Shown one piece after another: positions 8,061 through 18,100 of a DNA stretch of 64,000 nt. A program made the position numbers and the translations under genes. The notes below the pieces were generated by a model. The model ran no database searches and had not been told where the DNA came from. It worked only from the letters and a program-made list of their open reading frames with translations. Numbering within the stretch: position 1 is the stretch's first letter; the number at the start of each line of letters is the position of its first letter. Source of the DNA: Myxococcales bacterium (GTDB lineage Bacteria; Myxococcota_A; UBA9042; JABWCM01; BTVJ01); assembly GCA_045863395.1 (NCBI GenBank), contig BTVJ01000028.1, positions 27,190 through 91,189 on the forward strand, read 5' to 3'.

Positions 8061-10009
8061 AGCCCGCGGCATGGACTGCTGCCCTGGCGTTCGCGGCGTG
8101 CGCCGGCGACCCGTCGACCGGGGGGTCTGGGACGCTCGTAGATGCTGAGGCGAACGCAGGGGCGGACGCCACCCTCGCCGCCGACACTCCGCAGGACCAC
8201 TCGGACGGGTCCTCGTGCCCCTCCCACCTCGTCAGCCCCGAGGGGATCGTCATTCGAGGCTGCGGCGACGCCCGCCTCGTGTTCCTGCCGGCCGCCAAGG
8301 TCGGCGGCGTTTGGCGAGGCGCCGGGCGGGACGGCGCCTGCACGGCCACGGCGGACTCCGTGACCTGTCCCGCAGGGCCCGGCGCCGCCAGCGCGCTGCT
8401 TGGCACCGGCACGCTGCGGGCGCACTGGGACGGCCCCGCCACCGTGGAGGGGCTCGCCCTGGAGGGGACGGGCCAGCTCCCCGGCGCCACGACGTGGCTG
8501 TCCAACGGCTTCCAGTCCTGGTCCCAGAGCGGCGCCCTCGCCATCGCGCCCCCGGTGTCCCAGGAGGCCCTGCGGGTCGCCCTCGACGCGGAGGGCACCG
8601 AGGAGAACCTCCGCAAAGGGGCCGAGCTGTCCTGGTGGTTCACCTGGATCTCCGGGGGGGAGTCGTCCTTCGTCGCGGGTGCCCTGACGGCGGAGCGGTG
8701 GCGATCCTGGGCGCAGGTGTCGGGCTCGGGCGAGACCCTCGCGGTGCGCCTGGTCTGCGGGGACACCGGCGAGGCGATCACGGTGAGCGGCCACCTGGAA
8801 GGCGAGCCCTGGTGGGTCTCCCTGGACGGGACGTTGCACGACCAGCTCCGCGCCTACGGACAGGCCATCCCCTCCCGTCGCCAGAGCACGGCTCGCCCGG
8901 CGGAGGCCGGCTGGAACTCCTGGTACGACCTCTGGGACGGCGTCGACGAGGCCGCGGTGCGGGAGAACGCCCCTCTGGCCCGCGCGATCCTCACGCCGCA
9001 CCTGCCCAGCCCGACGCCCCTGCGCATCGTCGTCGATGACGGCTGGCAGCAGGCGTGGGGGGAGTGGACGCCCAACGCCAAGTTCCCCTCGGGCCTCGAC
9101 GGCCTCGCCGCCGACCTGAACGCCGACGGCTTCGAGGTGGGCGCCTGGTACGCGCCGCTCCTCGTGGACGAGGACGCCCCCCTCGCCACGGCCCACCCGG
9201 AGTGGCTCGTGAGCGGCGCCACCTACAAGCACCCGGTCCACGGGGTCATGCGCATCCTGGACCCCACCCACCCCGACGCAGCGGCCCACATCCGCGGCAC
9301 TGCGGCGACGCTCGCGGGCTGGGGCCTCACGCTCCTCAAGATCGACTTCCTGTTCGCCGGGGCCCAGCGGGGCACCCGCCACGAGGACGTCACCCCCATG
9401 GAGGCCTATGGGCGCGCCATGGAGCTGATTCGCGAAGGAGCGGGCGAGGAGGTCATCCTGCTGGCCGTCGGGGCTCCCCTGTACGGCTCTGCGCTCCATG
9501 TGGACGCCTGGCGCGTCGGCGGCGACATCGCGTTCCAGCCCATCGGGCCCAAGTGGCCGTTCATCGCCAACCAGGCCCGCATGGTGGCGGCGCGGTGGCC
9601 CCTGTGTCTGGCGACGCTCTGCGACGCAGACCCGCCCCTGCTCCGAGCCTTGCCCCAGGTCGAGGTCGAGGCAGGCGGCTGGGTGGCGGCCTTCGCGGGG
9701 GGCGCCCTGTTCCTGTCCGACGATCTGCGGGCGCTCCCGGTTGAGAGACATGGCTGGGGGGTCGACGCCCCACGCCTCGCAGCGGCCCTGTCGGGGACCC
9801 CTTCGGTGCCCGAGGACCTGCTCCCTGAGGCGCCGCCGGCGGCCCTCTCCGACCCCGCCCTGGACGTGATCCTCGTGCAGGACTCCCACGTGGTGCCCAC
9901 GGTCTGGACCCTGCCGTCCGGTGCCCGGGTGGCCTTCAACGCGGGCCCTGTTCCCCTGGAGGTCGAGGGCGTCCAGGTGCCTGCCCATGGAGCGTCACCG
10001 CTGCCCTGA
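8057..10009 (+). CDS. GH36-type alpha-galactosidase-like lipoprotein
   Basis: Lipobox AFAAC; GWNSWY, VVDDGWQ, KFPSGL, GAWYAP, LDPTHP, LKIDFL, WRVGGD; ATGA overlap. Confidence 0.88.
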   Translation: MKPAAWTAALAFAACAGDPSTGGSGTLVDAEANAGADATLAADTPQDHSDGSSCPSHLVSPEGIVIRGCGDARLVFLPAAKVGGVWRGAGRDGACTATADSVTCPAGPGAASALLGTGTLRAHWDGPATVEGLALEGTGQLPGATTWLSNGFQSWSQSGALAIAPPVSQEALRVALDAEGTEENLRKGAELSWWFTWISGGESSFVAGALTAERWRSWAQVSGSGETLAVRLVCGDTGEAITVSGHLEGEPWWVSLDGTLHDQLRAYGQAIPSRRQSTARPAEAGWNSWYDLWDGVDEAAVRENAPLARAILTPHLPSPTPLRIVVDDGWQQAWGEWTPNAKFPSGLDGLAADLNADGFEVGAWYAPLLVDEDAPLATAHPEWLVSGATYKHPVHGVMRILDPTHPDAAAHIRGTAATLAGWGLTLLKIDFLFAGAQRGTRHEDVTPMEAYGRAMELIREGAGEEVILLAVGAPLYGSALHVDAWRVGGDIAFQPIGPKWPFIANQARMVAARWPLCLATLCDADPPLLRALPQVEVEAGGWVAAFAGGALFLSDDLRALPVERHGWGVDAPRLAAALSGTPSVPEDLLPEAPPAALSDPALDVILVQDSHVVPTVWTLPSGARVAFNAGPVPLEVEGVQVPAHGASPLP

Positions 10010-10148
10010 CCCCGCCCGCAAATCCCAACCTACTGGCCTTGACAACGCACCGGAGCATGCGAAACTCGCCCGTCATTCGGGCTGGGTGTGAAGCGACGGG
10101 GAAGCGCCCCGGGACGCAAGGCTGTATGTGTCAAGTAGGAGTTGGACC

Positions 10149-11171
10149 ATGGGCATCAGGTCTGCAGGATTCCGTAGGGTGGCGTGCGCCGTCACGCTGT
10201 CCCTGCTCGTGGGGTCGGGCACGGCCCTGGCGGAGCAGGACCGCCGCGAGGTGATCGGTGGTGAGAACCGCGAGCTCAACGACCACCACTTCATCACGCC
10301 GCTGTACGGCAAGAGCGCCTTCAACAATGGGGCCTTCGGCTTCTCCCAGGGCTTCGGCGTGCTGAGCTTCGTGGCACCGGAGCCCGAGTTCGACGCCAAC
10401 GGCAACCTCGTGGGCGCCACGGACGTGAAGCACAACATCTTCCTGTACTTCCAGGACCTCTTTGCCCAGATCGGCATCCTGAACTATGCGTCCGTGGACC
10501 TGCGCGCCAGCGGCTTCGCGGCCGTCGCCGGAAACGCCGACGACATCATCAGCATCGGCGCCTTCACGAACCTGAACGCGGGCGCCTTCGCCCGCGGCCG
10601 CTTCCTCACCGTGCACGACATCGGCATCCAGCTCAGCGGAGGCTTCGGCGCCAACTACGACCGCACGATGAACGTCTCGATCCGCGACTACGTCGACGGC
10701 GTACAGAACCTGATCGACTCCATCGCCCAAGGCAACATCGACGCGGCGGCCGCGGACCTGGACGGCGTCTTCAAGAACGCAAAGCTCATCACGACGACGA
10801 CGTCCGTCCAGCTCAACCCCGCCATCATGCTCGCCTGGGGCATGGGACCCATCGGCACGCAGCTCACGCTCCAGTCGAGCATCGACATCGACCTCGACAC
10901 CAGCGACCTGTCCGCCACGTTCGGCCCCGACCTCCACGTGGCCTTCGACATCGGTCACTACACCGAGTACTTCCCCTTTGCGTTGACCTTCGAGTATGCG
11001 CTGAACGCCGTCGTCGCCGGCGGCTCGGGGACGGGCCACAACATCGCGGGTGGCATCCAGTTCACGGGCCGGCGCGACATCAACGTCGGCGCCTTCTTCG
11101 CGGCCGACGACGTCACGAACAAGACCCTGAGCTTCATGTACGGCGCCCTCAACATCCAGTACTACTTCTAG
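10149..11171 (+). CDS. Putative outer-membrane beta-barrel protein
   Basis: RBS TAGGAG, signal peptide ending ALA, amphipathic beta strands, C-terminal LNIQYYF (BAM-type signature). Confidence 0.7.
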   Translation: MGIRSAGFRRVACAVTLSLLVGSGTALAEQDRREVIGGENRELNDHHFITPLYGKSAFNNGAFGFSQGFGVLSFVAPEPEFDANGNLVGATDVKHNIFLYFQDLFAQIGILNYASVDLRASGFAAVAGNADDIISIGAFTNLNAGAFARGRFLTVHDIGIQLSGGFGANYDRTMNVSIRDYVDGVQNLIDSIAQGNIDAAAADLDGVFKNAKLITTTTSVQLNPAIMLAWGMGPIGTQLTLQSSIDIDLDTSDLSATFGPDLHVAFDIGHYTEYFPFALTFEYALNAVVAGGSGTGHNIAGGIQFTGRRDINVGAFFAADDVTNKTLSFMYGALNIQYYF

Positions 11172-11187
11172 GTCGCCGCTGCCTCCC

Positions 11188-12669
11188 GTGTGGTTCCTCG
11201 TCGCCGCCCTGCTCGCGGTCGTCACGGCCTGGGTCCTGCTGCGGCGCCGCCCCCCTTCCCACATCCCATCCAGCCTTGGCGCCCGCGGCGCCCGGGTCGG
11301 CTCCCTGGTCGGGCGCTCCCTCGTACGCAAGGCGTGGCTGCGGCTCCGCCAGGTCGTGGCCACGCGGGACCACCGGCGGCGCCTGGAGCAGCAGCACCAC
11401 CTGCACAGCGCCCAGGAGGCGGCCCAGGTCCTCGGGCAGATGAAGGGGGTCTTCATGAAGCTCGGGCAGGTGGTGTCCTTCGCCAACGACGCCCTGCCAG
11501 CGGAGGCCCAGGCCGCGCTCCGGCCCCTCCAGCAGGGGGCGCCGCCCATGGACTTTGCGCTCGCCCGGGGGGTCATCGAGGAGGAGCTCGGCGACCTGGG
11601 GCGCCACTTCAAGAGCGTCGAGGAGGAACCCATCGCCGCGGCGTCCATCGGGCAGGTGCACCGGGCGCGGCTCCTCGACGGCACCCGTGTGGTGCTCAAG
11701 GTCCAGTACCCCGGGGTGGCCGCGGCCATGGAGTCGGACCTCGGCATGACGGCGGGCCTCGCCGCCATGGTGGGCGCCGTCGCCCGCAACCTGGACGCGA
11801 AGAGCGTCGTCGCGGAGCTGGCGGCGCGCATGCGGGAGGAGCTGGACTACGGACGAGAGCTCAAGAACCAGGCGCTCTTCGCCCGCATCTGGGAGGGGCA
11901 CCCGCTGATCCGCGTCCCCCGGGTCTACCCCGCCCACTCCGGTCGCCGCGTGCTGTGCCAGGAGTACGCACGGGGCCTCGGGTTCTACGACTTCCTGGAG
12001 CAGTCCACGGAGCGGGAGCGGCGCCTCGCCGTCTATGTGCTCCACGACTTCGTGTTCGACTCCATGTTCATGCACCGGGTCTTCAACGGCGACCCCCACC
12101 CGGGCAACTACCTGTTCCAGGAAGATGGAGGCGTCACCTTCCTCGACTTCGGGTGCGTGAAGCGCTTCTCGTCGGCGTTCGTGCGAGAGCTCCAGACCCT
12201 GAGCCGCAGCATCTGCGAGGAGGACCGGGGAGCCTTCGATGCCGTGGTCAAGCGGCTCCAAATAGTGCTTCCCGGGCGCCCCTACGACAGCGACCTGATG
12301 TGGCGGTTCTTCGGCTATCACGCGGCGCCGTTTGCCCGTGACGAGCCCTTCGCGTTCACCGCGGAGTGGATCGCCGAGGCGCGCGCGGTCATGGAGCAGA
12401 AAACCCTCCAGCAGATGAACCTGCCGCCGGACATCCTGTTCTTCAACCGCATCACGTTCGGGCTCAACGCGATCTTCCACAAGCTCGGCGCCGCGGACAA
12501 CTTCCACCGCCTCTACAGGCGGTACATGTATGAGGATGAGCAGAGCCCGCCGGCGGTCGCCCGGGCGGGTGTCCCGCTGCCCGACCGCTTCCTGGCCGTG
12601 CGCGGCCCCGAGGAGGCGTGGTATGGTGACGCGGGCGAGGCACAGCCCCCCAAAGGAGACGCTCCATGA
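11188..12669 (+). CDS. ABC1/UbiB/AarF atypical kinase
   Basis: KLGQ, AAASIGQVH, VLKVQYPG, EELDY, DPHPGN, LDFG. Confidence 0.95.
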   Translation: MWFLVAALLAVVTAWVLLRRRPPSHIPSSLGARGARVGSLVGRSLVRKAWLRLRQVVATRDHRRRLEQQHHLHSAQEAAQVLGQMKGVFMKLGQVVSFANDALPAEAQAALRPLQQGAPPMDFALARGVIEEELGDLGRHFKSVEEEPIAAASIGQVHRARLLDGTRVVLKVQYPGVAAAMESDLGMTAGLAAMVGAVARNLDAKSVVAELAARMREELDYGRELKNQALFARIWEGHPLIRVPRVYPAHSGRRVLCQEYARGLGFYDFLEQSTERERRLAVYVLHDFVFDSMFMHRVFNGDPHPGNYLFQEDGGVTFLDFGCVKRFSSAFVRELQTLSRSICEEDRGAFDAVVKRLQIVLPGRPYDSDLMWRFFGYHAAPFARDEPFAFTAEWIAEARAVMEQKTLQQMNLPPDILFFNRITFGLNAIFHKLGAADNFHRLYRRYMYEDEQSPPAVARAGVPLPDRFLAVRGPEEAWYGDAGEAQPPKGDAP

Positions 12670-13604
12670 CAGTCACCCTCAACGTGGTCACCGGCATCCT
12701 CGGCTCGGGCAAGACCACGGCGCTCCTGCACCTGCTCGACGCGCCGGGCCTGACCCACAAGCCGGCGGTGGTGGTCGGTGAGTACGCGGAGGAGGGCCTG
12801 GACGGGGCGCTCCTCGCAGCCTGCGGGGCCACCGTGCGGCAGATCACGCAGACGGGGCTGGGGTCGAGCGCGCGCTCCTACGTGGACCCGGTGCGGGAGC
12901 TGGTCGAGGACCGGGAGCACGCCCGCATCTTCCTCGAGACGAGCGGCGTGACGGAGGTCGGGCGCATCGCCCGGGAGCTGCTCTCCGAGGACCTGGGTGG
13001 CGAGGTGCGCTTCGGGCCGACGGTCACGGTCCTCGATGCAGGGGCGTTCCAGATTCACGACCGCCACTTCGGGGCGCAGCTCTGGGCCCAGGTGGGGGTC
13101 GCCGACGTGGTCATCATCAACAAGACGGACAAAGCGCACCCGGGGGACCTGGAGGTCATCCGGGGCCGCGTGTTGGAGCAGAACCCCGCCGCGCGCGTGC
13201 TCTTCGCCTACATGGGCCAGGTGCGGCGCGCGGAGGTCCTCGGCTCCCAATCAGAGGACTTCCGCCCCCGCCTCCTCGACCCCACCCGCGGCGACGCAGA
13301 GGTCGCGCCCTTCGAGAGCTTCGTCTATCGCAACAAGCGGGTCTGCTTCGACCGGGTGATGTTCGGGCACAAGCTGCTGAACCTGCCCGGCGGACACATC
13401 GCGCGCTTCAAGGGGGTGCTGCGAGGGTGGGACAGGAGCTACGTGATCAACGGGCTCCCCGGGCAGCTCGACTGGGACCCCACTCCCGCGGAGGGTCGCA
13501 CTCGCATCGCCTTCATCGGGCTCGGGCTGCTGGCGCGCCAGCCAGAGATCACGGCCCGGCTCGACGCCGAGCTGCTGGCCCAGCAGGACGACGGGCGCCG
13601 CTAG
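12666..13604 (+). CDS. CobW/COG0523-like P-loop GTPase
   Basis: TGILGSGKTT, ETSG, NKTD, C-terminal RFKG...AFIG CobW_C-like domain; CxCC motif absent. Confidence 0.82.
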   Translation: MTVTLNVVTGILGSGKTTALLHLLDAPGLTHKPAVVVGEYAEEGLDGALLAACGATVRQITQTGLGSSARSYVDPVRELVEDREHARIFLETSGVTEVGRIARELLSEDLGGEVRFGPTVTVLDAGAFQIHDRHFGAQLWAQVGVADVVIINKTDKAHPGDLEVIRGRVLEQNPAARVLFAYMGQVRRAEVLGSQSEDFRPRLLDPTRGDAEVAPFESFVYRNKRVCFDRVMFGHKLLNLPGGHIARFKGVLRGWDRSYVINGLPGQLDWDPTPAEGRTRIAFIGLGLLARQPEITARLDAELLAQQDDGRR

Positions 13605-13705
13605 CGGTCGTTGCACCCCGCGCCACATCGATCCACAATGGCGCCCGCCTCAGCCTGAGGCATGGCACAGCGGCGCCCAACGCACGTGCGCCGGACGGAG
13701 GACAC

Positions 13706-15070
13706 ATGAAGTCAAGGAAGCGCCTCGGGATCCTCGTCGGGGGCGGCCCCGCCCCGGGCATCAACAGCGTCATCGGCGCGGCGACCATCCGCAGCGTCCT
13801 CGAGGGCGTCGAGGTCATCGGCATCCGCGACGGGTTCCAGTGGCTCCAGGCCGGCGACATCGACCACGTCGTGCCGCTGTCCATCGAGGCGGTGAGCCGC
13901 ATCCACTTCCGCGGCGGCTCCTATCTGGGCATCAGCCGGGCGAACCCGACCAAGGACCCGCAGCTCCTGGAGAACACGGTCATCTCGCTCTTGCGCCTCA
14001 ACGTGTCGCAGCTCATCACCATTGGCGGCGACGACACCTGCTTCTCGGCCATGCGCCTGGAGGAGAAGTCCGCCGGGCGCATCCGCGTCGTGCATGTGCC
14101 CAAGACCATCGACAATGACCTCCCGCTCCCAGGACAGATCGACACCTTCGGGTTTCAGACCGCCCGACACATCGGCGTCGAGATCGTGAAGAACCTGATG
14201 GTGGACGCCCACACCACGTCGCGCTGGTACTTCGTGATCTCCATGGGCCGCAAGGCGGGGCACCTGGCCCTGGGCATCGGCAAGGCGGCCGGCGCGACGT
14301 TGACCCTCATCCCCGAGGAGTTCAACGAGCCCATTCGCCTCAAGACCATCGTCGACACGCTGGTGGGGGCCATCCTGAAGCGGCTGGCCTACGGGCGCAA
14401 GGACGGCGTCGCGGTCATCGCCGAGGGCGTGGTGCTCGGCATCCACCCCGACGACATGAAGGAGCTGGAGCACGTCGAGCGCGACTCCCACGGCCACCTT
14501 CGCATCGCCGACGTGGACCTCGGTGAGATCCTGAAGAAGGAGGTCAACAAGCGCCTCGCCGAGTTCGGCATCAAGAACAACATCGTGGCCAAGAACATCG
14601 GCTACGAGCTGCGGTGCGCGGACCCGGTGCCCTTCGACATGGAGTACTGCCGCGACCTGGGCTACTGCGCCGCCAAGTACCTGCTCACGGGCGGGAACGC
14701 CGCCATGATCTCCATGCAGGCGGGGAAGTTCGTGCCCATCCCGTTCGCGGAGATCCTCAACCCGGAGACGGGTCGCGCCAAAGTGCGCCTCGTGGACATC
14801 GAGTCCACCCGCTATGCCATCGCCCGCCGCTACATGATCCGGCTCCGGAGGGACGACTTCGAGGACCCGCACGAGTTGGCCAAGTTCGCCGCGGTCGCCA
14901 AGATGAACCTGCAGCACTTCCGGGAGCAGTTCGAGCCGCTCGTTGCGACCGAGCCGCCGCCACTGCGGTTGGACCCGCTGGCGTCTGCCACGGTGGCGCT
15001 CAACGCCGCGACGCCGGACGGCACGGAGGAGCCGGACCCGCCCGAGGAGAAGGCACGACGGCGCAAGTAG
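13706..15070 (+). CDS. pfp: Pyrophosphate-dependent phosphofructokinase
   Basis: GGGPAPGIN, GGDD plus PKTIDND (PPi-type signature), MGR, GYELR; RBS GGAGG. Confidence 0.93.
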   Translation: MKSRKRLGILVGGGPAPGINSVIGAATIRSVLEGVEVIGIRDGFQWLQAGDIDHVVPLSIEAVSRIHFRGGSYLGISRANPTKDPQLLENTVISLLRLNVSQLITIGGDDTCFSAMRLEEKSAGRIRVVHVPKTIDNDLPLPGQIDTFGFQTARHIGVEIVKNLMVDAHTTSRWYFVISMGRKAGHLALGIGKAAGATLTLIPEEFNEPIRLKTIVDTLVGAILKRLAYGRKDGVAVIAEGVVLGIHPDDMKELEHVERDSHGHLRIADVDLGEILKKEVNKRLAEFGIKNNIVAKNIGYELRCADPVPFDMEYCRDLGYCAAKYLLTGGNAAMISMQAGKFVPIPFAEILNPETGRAKVRLVDIESTRYAIARRYMIRLRRDDFEDPHELAKFAAVAKMNLQHFREQFEPLVATEPPPLRLDPLASATVALNAATPDGTEEPDPPEEKARRRK

Positions 15071-15164
15071 CAGCGCGCAGAGACCAGGCCCCGAGCCTCT
15101 TGGGGACGAGACCCGATCCCTCGAGGGGCGAGGTGGCCGGGCGGGCACCGCGCCCCTCCCCGCG

Positions 15165-18100
15165 TCAGTCCTTGATGCAGATGATGCCCGCGAAGTTGGC
15201 GATGGTGGTGGCGGACTGCACCTGGTAGTTGTCGTTCTGCCCCGCGTCCTTGTAGGCGTTGGTGCTGAACGAGTCCGAGAAGCGGAAGTACTGTCGCGTC
15301 ATGGTGATGGGCTGGCGATTGCCGGCTCCGCAGCACACCCCGTCCTTGCAGTGGTTGCTCGACGTGCCCGGGAGCATGCCCGACGGCGCGCCCGAGAACA
15401 CGTTGGGCGAGGTGTAGCACCCGCCCAGGTGCTGATCGTTCCTCCACCACACCTCGTCGATGCCGTCGCACGCTCCGATGACCGCGGCCGTACCGCCCGC
15501 GGCGCAGGTGACGCCCGAGATGTTGTCGCAGTCGGTGCAGCCGCGCGCGAAGTCGCCGGGGGACAGCGCCAGGAGCCCCGTCGAAGGGGTCGGCGCCCGG
15601 AAGCCGCTGCCGCAGCCGGGGTTCGCCCACGACGAGCAGCCCAGCGGCCAGGTGGGGTTCCACGTCAAAGCTGACCACCCGCACTGGTTCGTGTAGACCG
15701 TCGCTCCGGCGGTCGCGCCGCCCGTGGGGAAGAGGGCCTGGCCCTCCGACGTGGACGCCCAGTGGTATCCCGAGGGGCAGGCATAGGTGCGCGCCTTGTC
15801 CCAGACGTTGTACTTGGAGACTGCATAGTACACGGTCGGGTCAGAGGCGCTCTGCCGGAAGCCGCCGCAGTTGTCCGTGGTCTCCATCCACGCAAGCGGA
15901 TCCGGCGGGCCGTCCTTCATGCACACGATCCCGGCAAAGTTGGTCGTGGCCGCCTGGACCTCCGTCTGGAACTCCTCGCTGTCGGACGCGTCCTTCGCCC
16001 GGTTCATGGCAGCCCCCGACGCCGCGTTGGAGTCGGCGAAGCGGAACCAGCGTCGATCCAAGCCGTGCCAGTGCCTGCCGATCCACGTGAGACCGTCCGC
16101 CGAGACTCCGTCCCACCCACACTGACCGGTGTACACGCGCTGGTAGATCGTCGTGCTCGTCGACTTGAAGATATCCGCAGCCTCCGCATAGGTCATCCAG
16201 TGGAACCCCGACGGACACTGGTAATTGAACGTCTTGTCCCAGACGTTCTTCTTCGCCACCGCGTAGTAGACGCGCGGATCCCAGAGGGACTGTCTGAAGC
16301 CCCCGCAGTTGTCGGTGCGGTCCATCCAGTCGAGGGGATCCGTCGGTGCCGTGTTGGCGATGCAGACGATACCCGCGAAGTTGGCCGCGCCCGTCACCGT
16401 ATTGGAGATTCGGGGCTCCCCGTGGTTTGCGTCTACCGAGGCGTTGGGGGTGAGGCCTGTCGTGGGGTGCGAGGTCGCGAACCGGAAGTACCGGCGGTTT
16501 CTGCCGTGCCACGTGGACCCGGTCCACCCGCACTGCCCGTTGTACTTGTAGTAGGGGATGGGCGAGGTCGTGTCCGACGCGACGTTCAGGATGGCGTCCG
16601 CCTCGGCCTTCGTCGCCCAATGATAGCCGGTCGGGCACTGGTAGGGGAAGTCCGGCTTCCAGATGTTCTGGCGCGACACGGCGTAGCGGATGCGGGAGTC
16701 CCAGCCAGACTGGCGGAAGCCCTTGCAGTCGTCGTCCGTCTGCATCCAGTCCGTCGTGCCCGGCTTCGGGTACGGGTCCGCGCCGTCCTTCTTGCACACG
16801 ATGCCGGCGAAGTTGGCCGTGCTCGTGTCCGTGGCGCCCTTGTAGATGTCGTAGTTGTTGGACCGGATGGTGCGGTTGTTGGTCTTGGAGTCCGCGAAGC
16901 GGAAGAAGTACCGGTTGAGCCCCTTCCAGACGTAGCCATTCCAGCCGCACTGGTTGTAGTAGACTCGCTGGTCGACGGTCGCGGCGTCCGCGGTGAAGGC
17001 CGCGTCATACTCCGCCGTGGTGGCCCAGTGGTAGCCCGCCGGGCACTGGTAGGTGAAATCCTTGTTCCACACGTTCTTCTTGGACACGGCGTAGTAGAAG
17101 CGCGGATCCCAGGTGCTCTGCCGGAAGCCTCCGCAGGCGTCGCTCTGGTCCATCCACGACAGCGGGTCGTTGGTCCACGAGTCGTCGATGCACACCAGAC
17201 CGGCGAAGTTGTTGAGCGACGCGGCGGTGAACGAGGCGTCCTTTGCCGGCACGACCGCGTCTCCGCCGCTGGCGTCCTTGTAGTAGAGGGTTGTCGTCCC
17301 CTGGAGAGAGTCTGAGAAGCGGAAGTACCGTCTGGTCACATTCTGGAACACGAGGGCCGCCCACCCGCACTGACCGGAGTATGTCAGCGAGCCGCCGGTC
17401 CCGTTGAGCAGCGCCTGGCCCTCTGCGGTCGTCGCCCAGTGGTAGCCGTCGGGGCACTGGTAGTCGATGGTGGAGTCGTAGAGGCTCTTGCGCGAGACCG
17501 CGTAGTAGACCTGGGCAGCCCAGGTGCTGTTTCGGAGGCCCTGGCAGTCGTCCTCATCGAGCATCCAGTCCGTCGGCGCCATGGGGGCGTCCTGGGCGCA
17601 CACGATGCCCGCGAACTGATCGGTGCCGGCGTAGACCTCGATGGGGGCACCGTCCAGGTCGGCGGTGTCCTTGGTCTTGTTGCCGTTGGTCACCGAGTCC
17701 TTGAAGCGGAACCAGCGGCGGACCTTGCCGTTCCACGTCGTGGTCGTCCACCCACACTGGCCGGTGTACGTGCCCACGGCGCCCACGTTGGTCGCGTACA
17801 GCCATGGAGAGACCTCGTCCACCGTGGCCCAGTGCCACCCCGGCGGGCAGGTGTACTCGAAGTCCTTGTCCCAGATGTTGCTCTTGCCCACGGCGTACCG
17901 GATGCGCGTGTCCCACGAGCTGCGCCGGAAGCCGCCGCAGTTGTCCGTCGTGTCCATCCAGTCCGGGAGGATCCCGTCACCGCACCCCTTGGCGTCCTCG
18001 ATCTCCATGCCGCCCAGGTACTCGCAGCGCCCCACGCTCTCGTCGAACACCCAGGATCCACCGACGAGTCGATTCAGCGAGTTGAGGTCCCGCTCATGGG

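Noticed and set aside
10039..10067. Sigma-70 promoter (TTGACA) upstream of the beta-barrel gene
   Set aside because: Perfect -35 but only a weak -10; not supportable without transcript data
13662..13680. Sigma-54 promoter upstream of pfp (TGGCAC...)
   Set aside because: GG-to-GC spacing is 9 rather than 10 and there is no TTGC
15168..17963. DGR target or nucleotide-level repeat array in the lectin-like repeats
   Set aside because: The repeats are diverged protein domains; no near-identical template repeat or reverse transcriptase is seen
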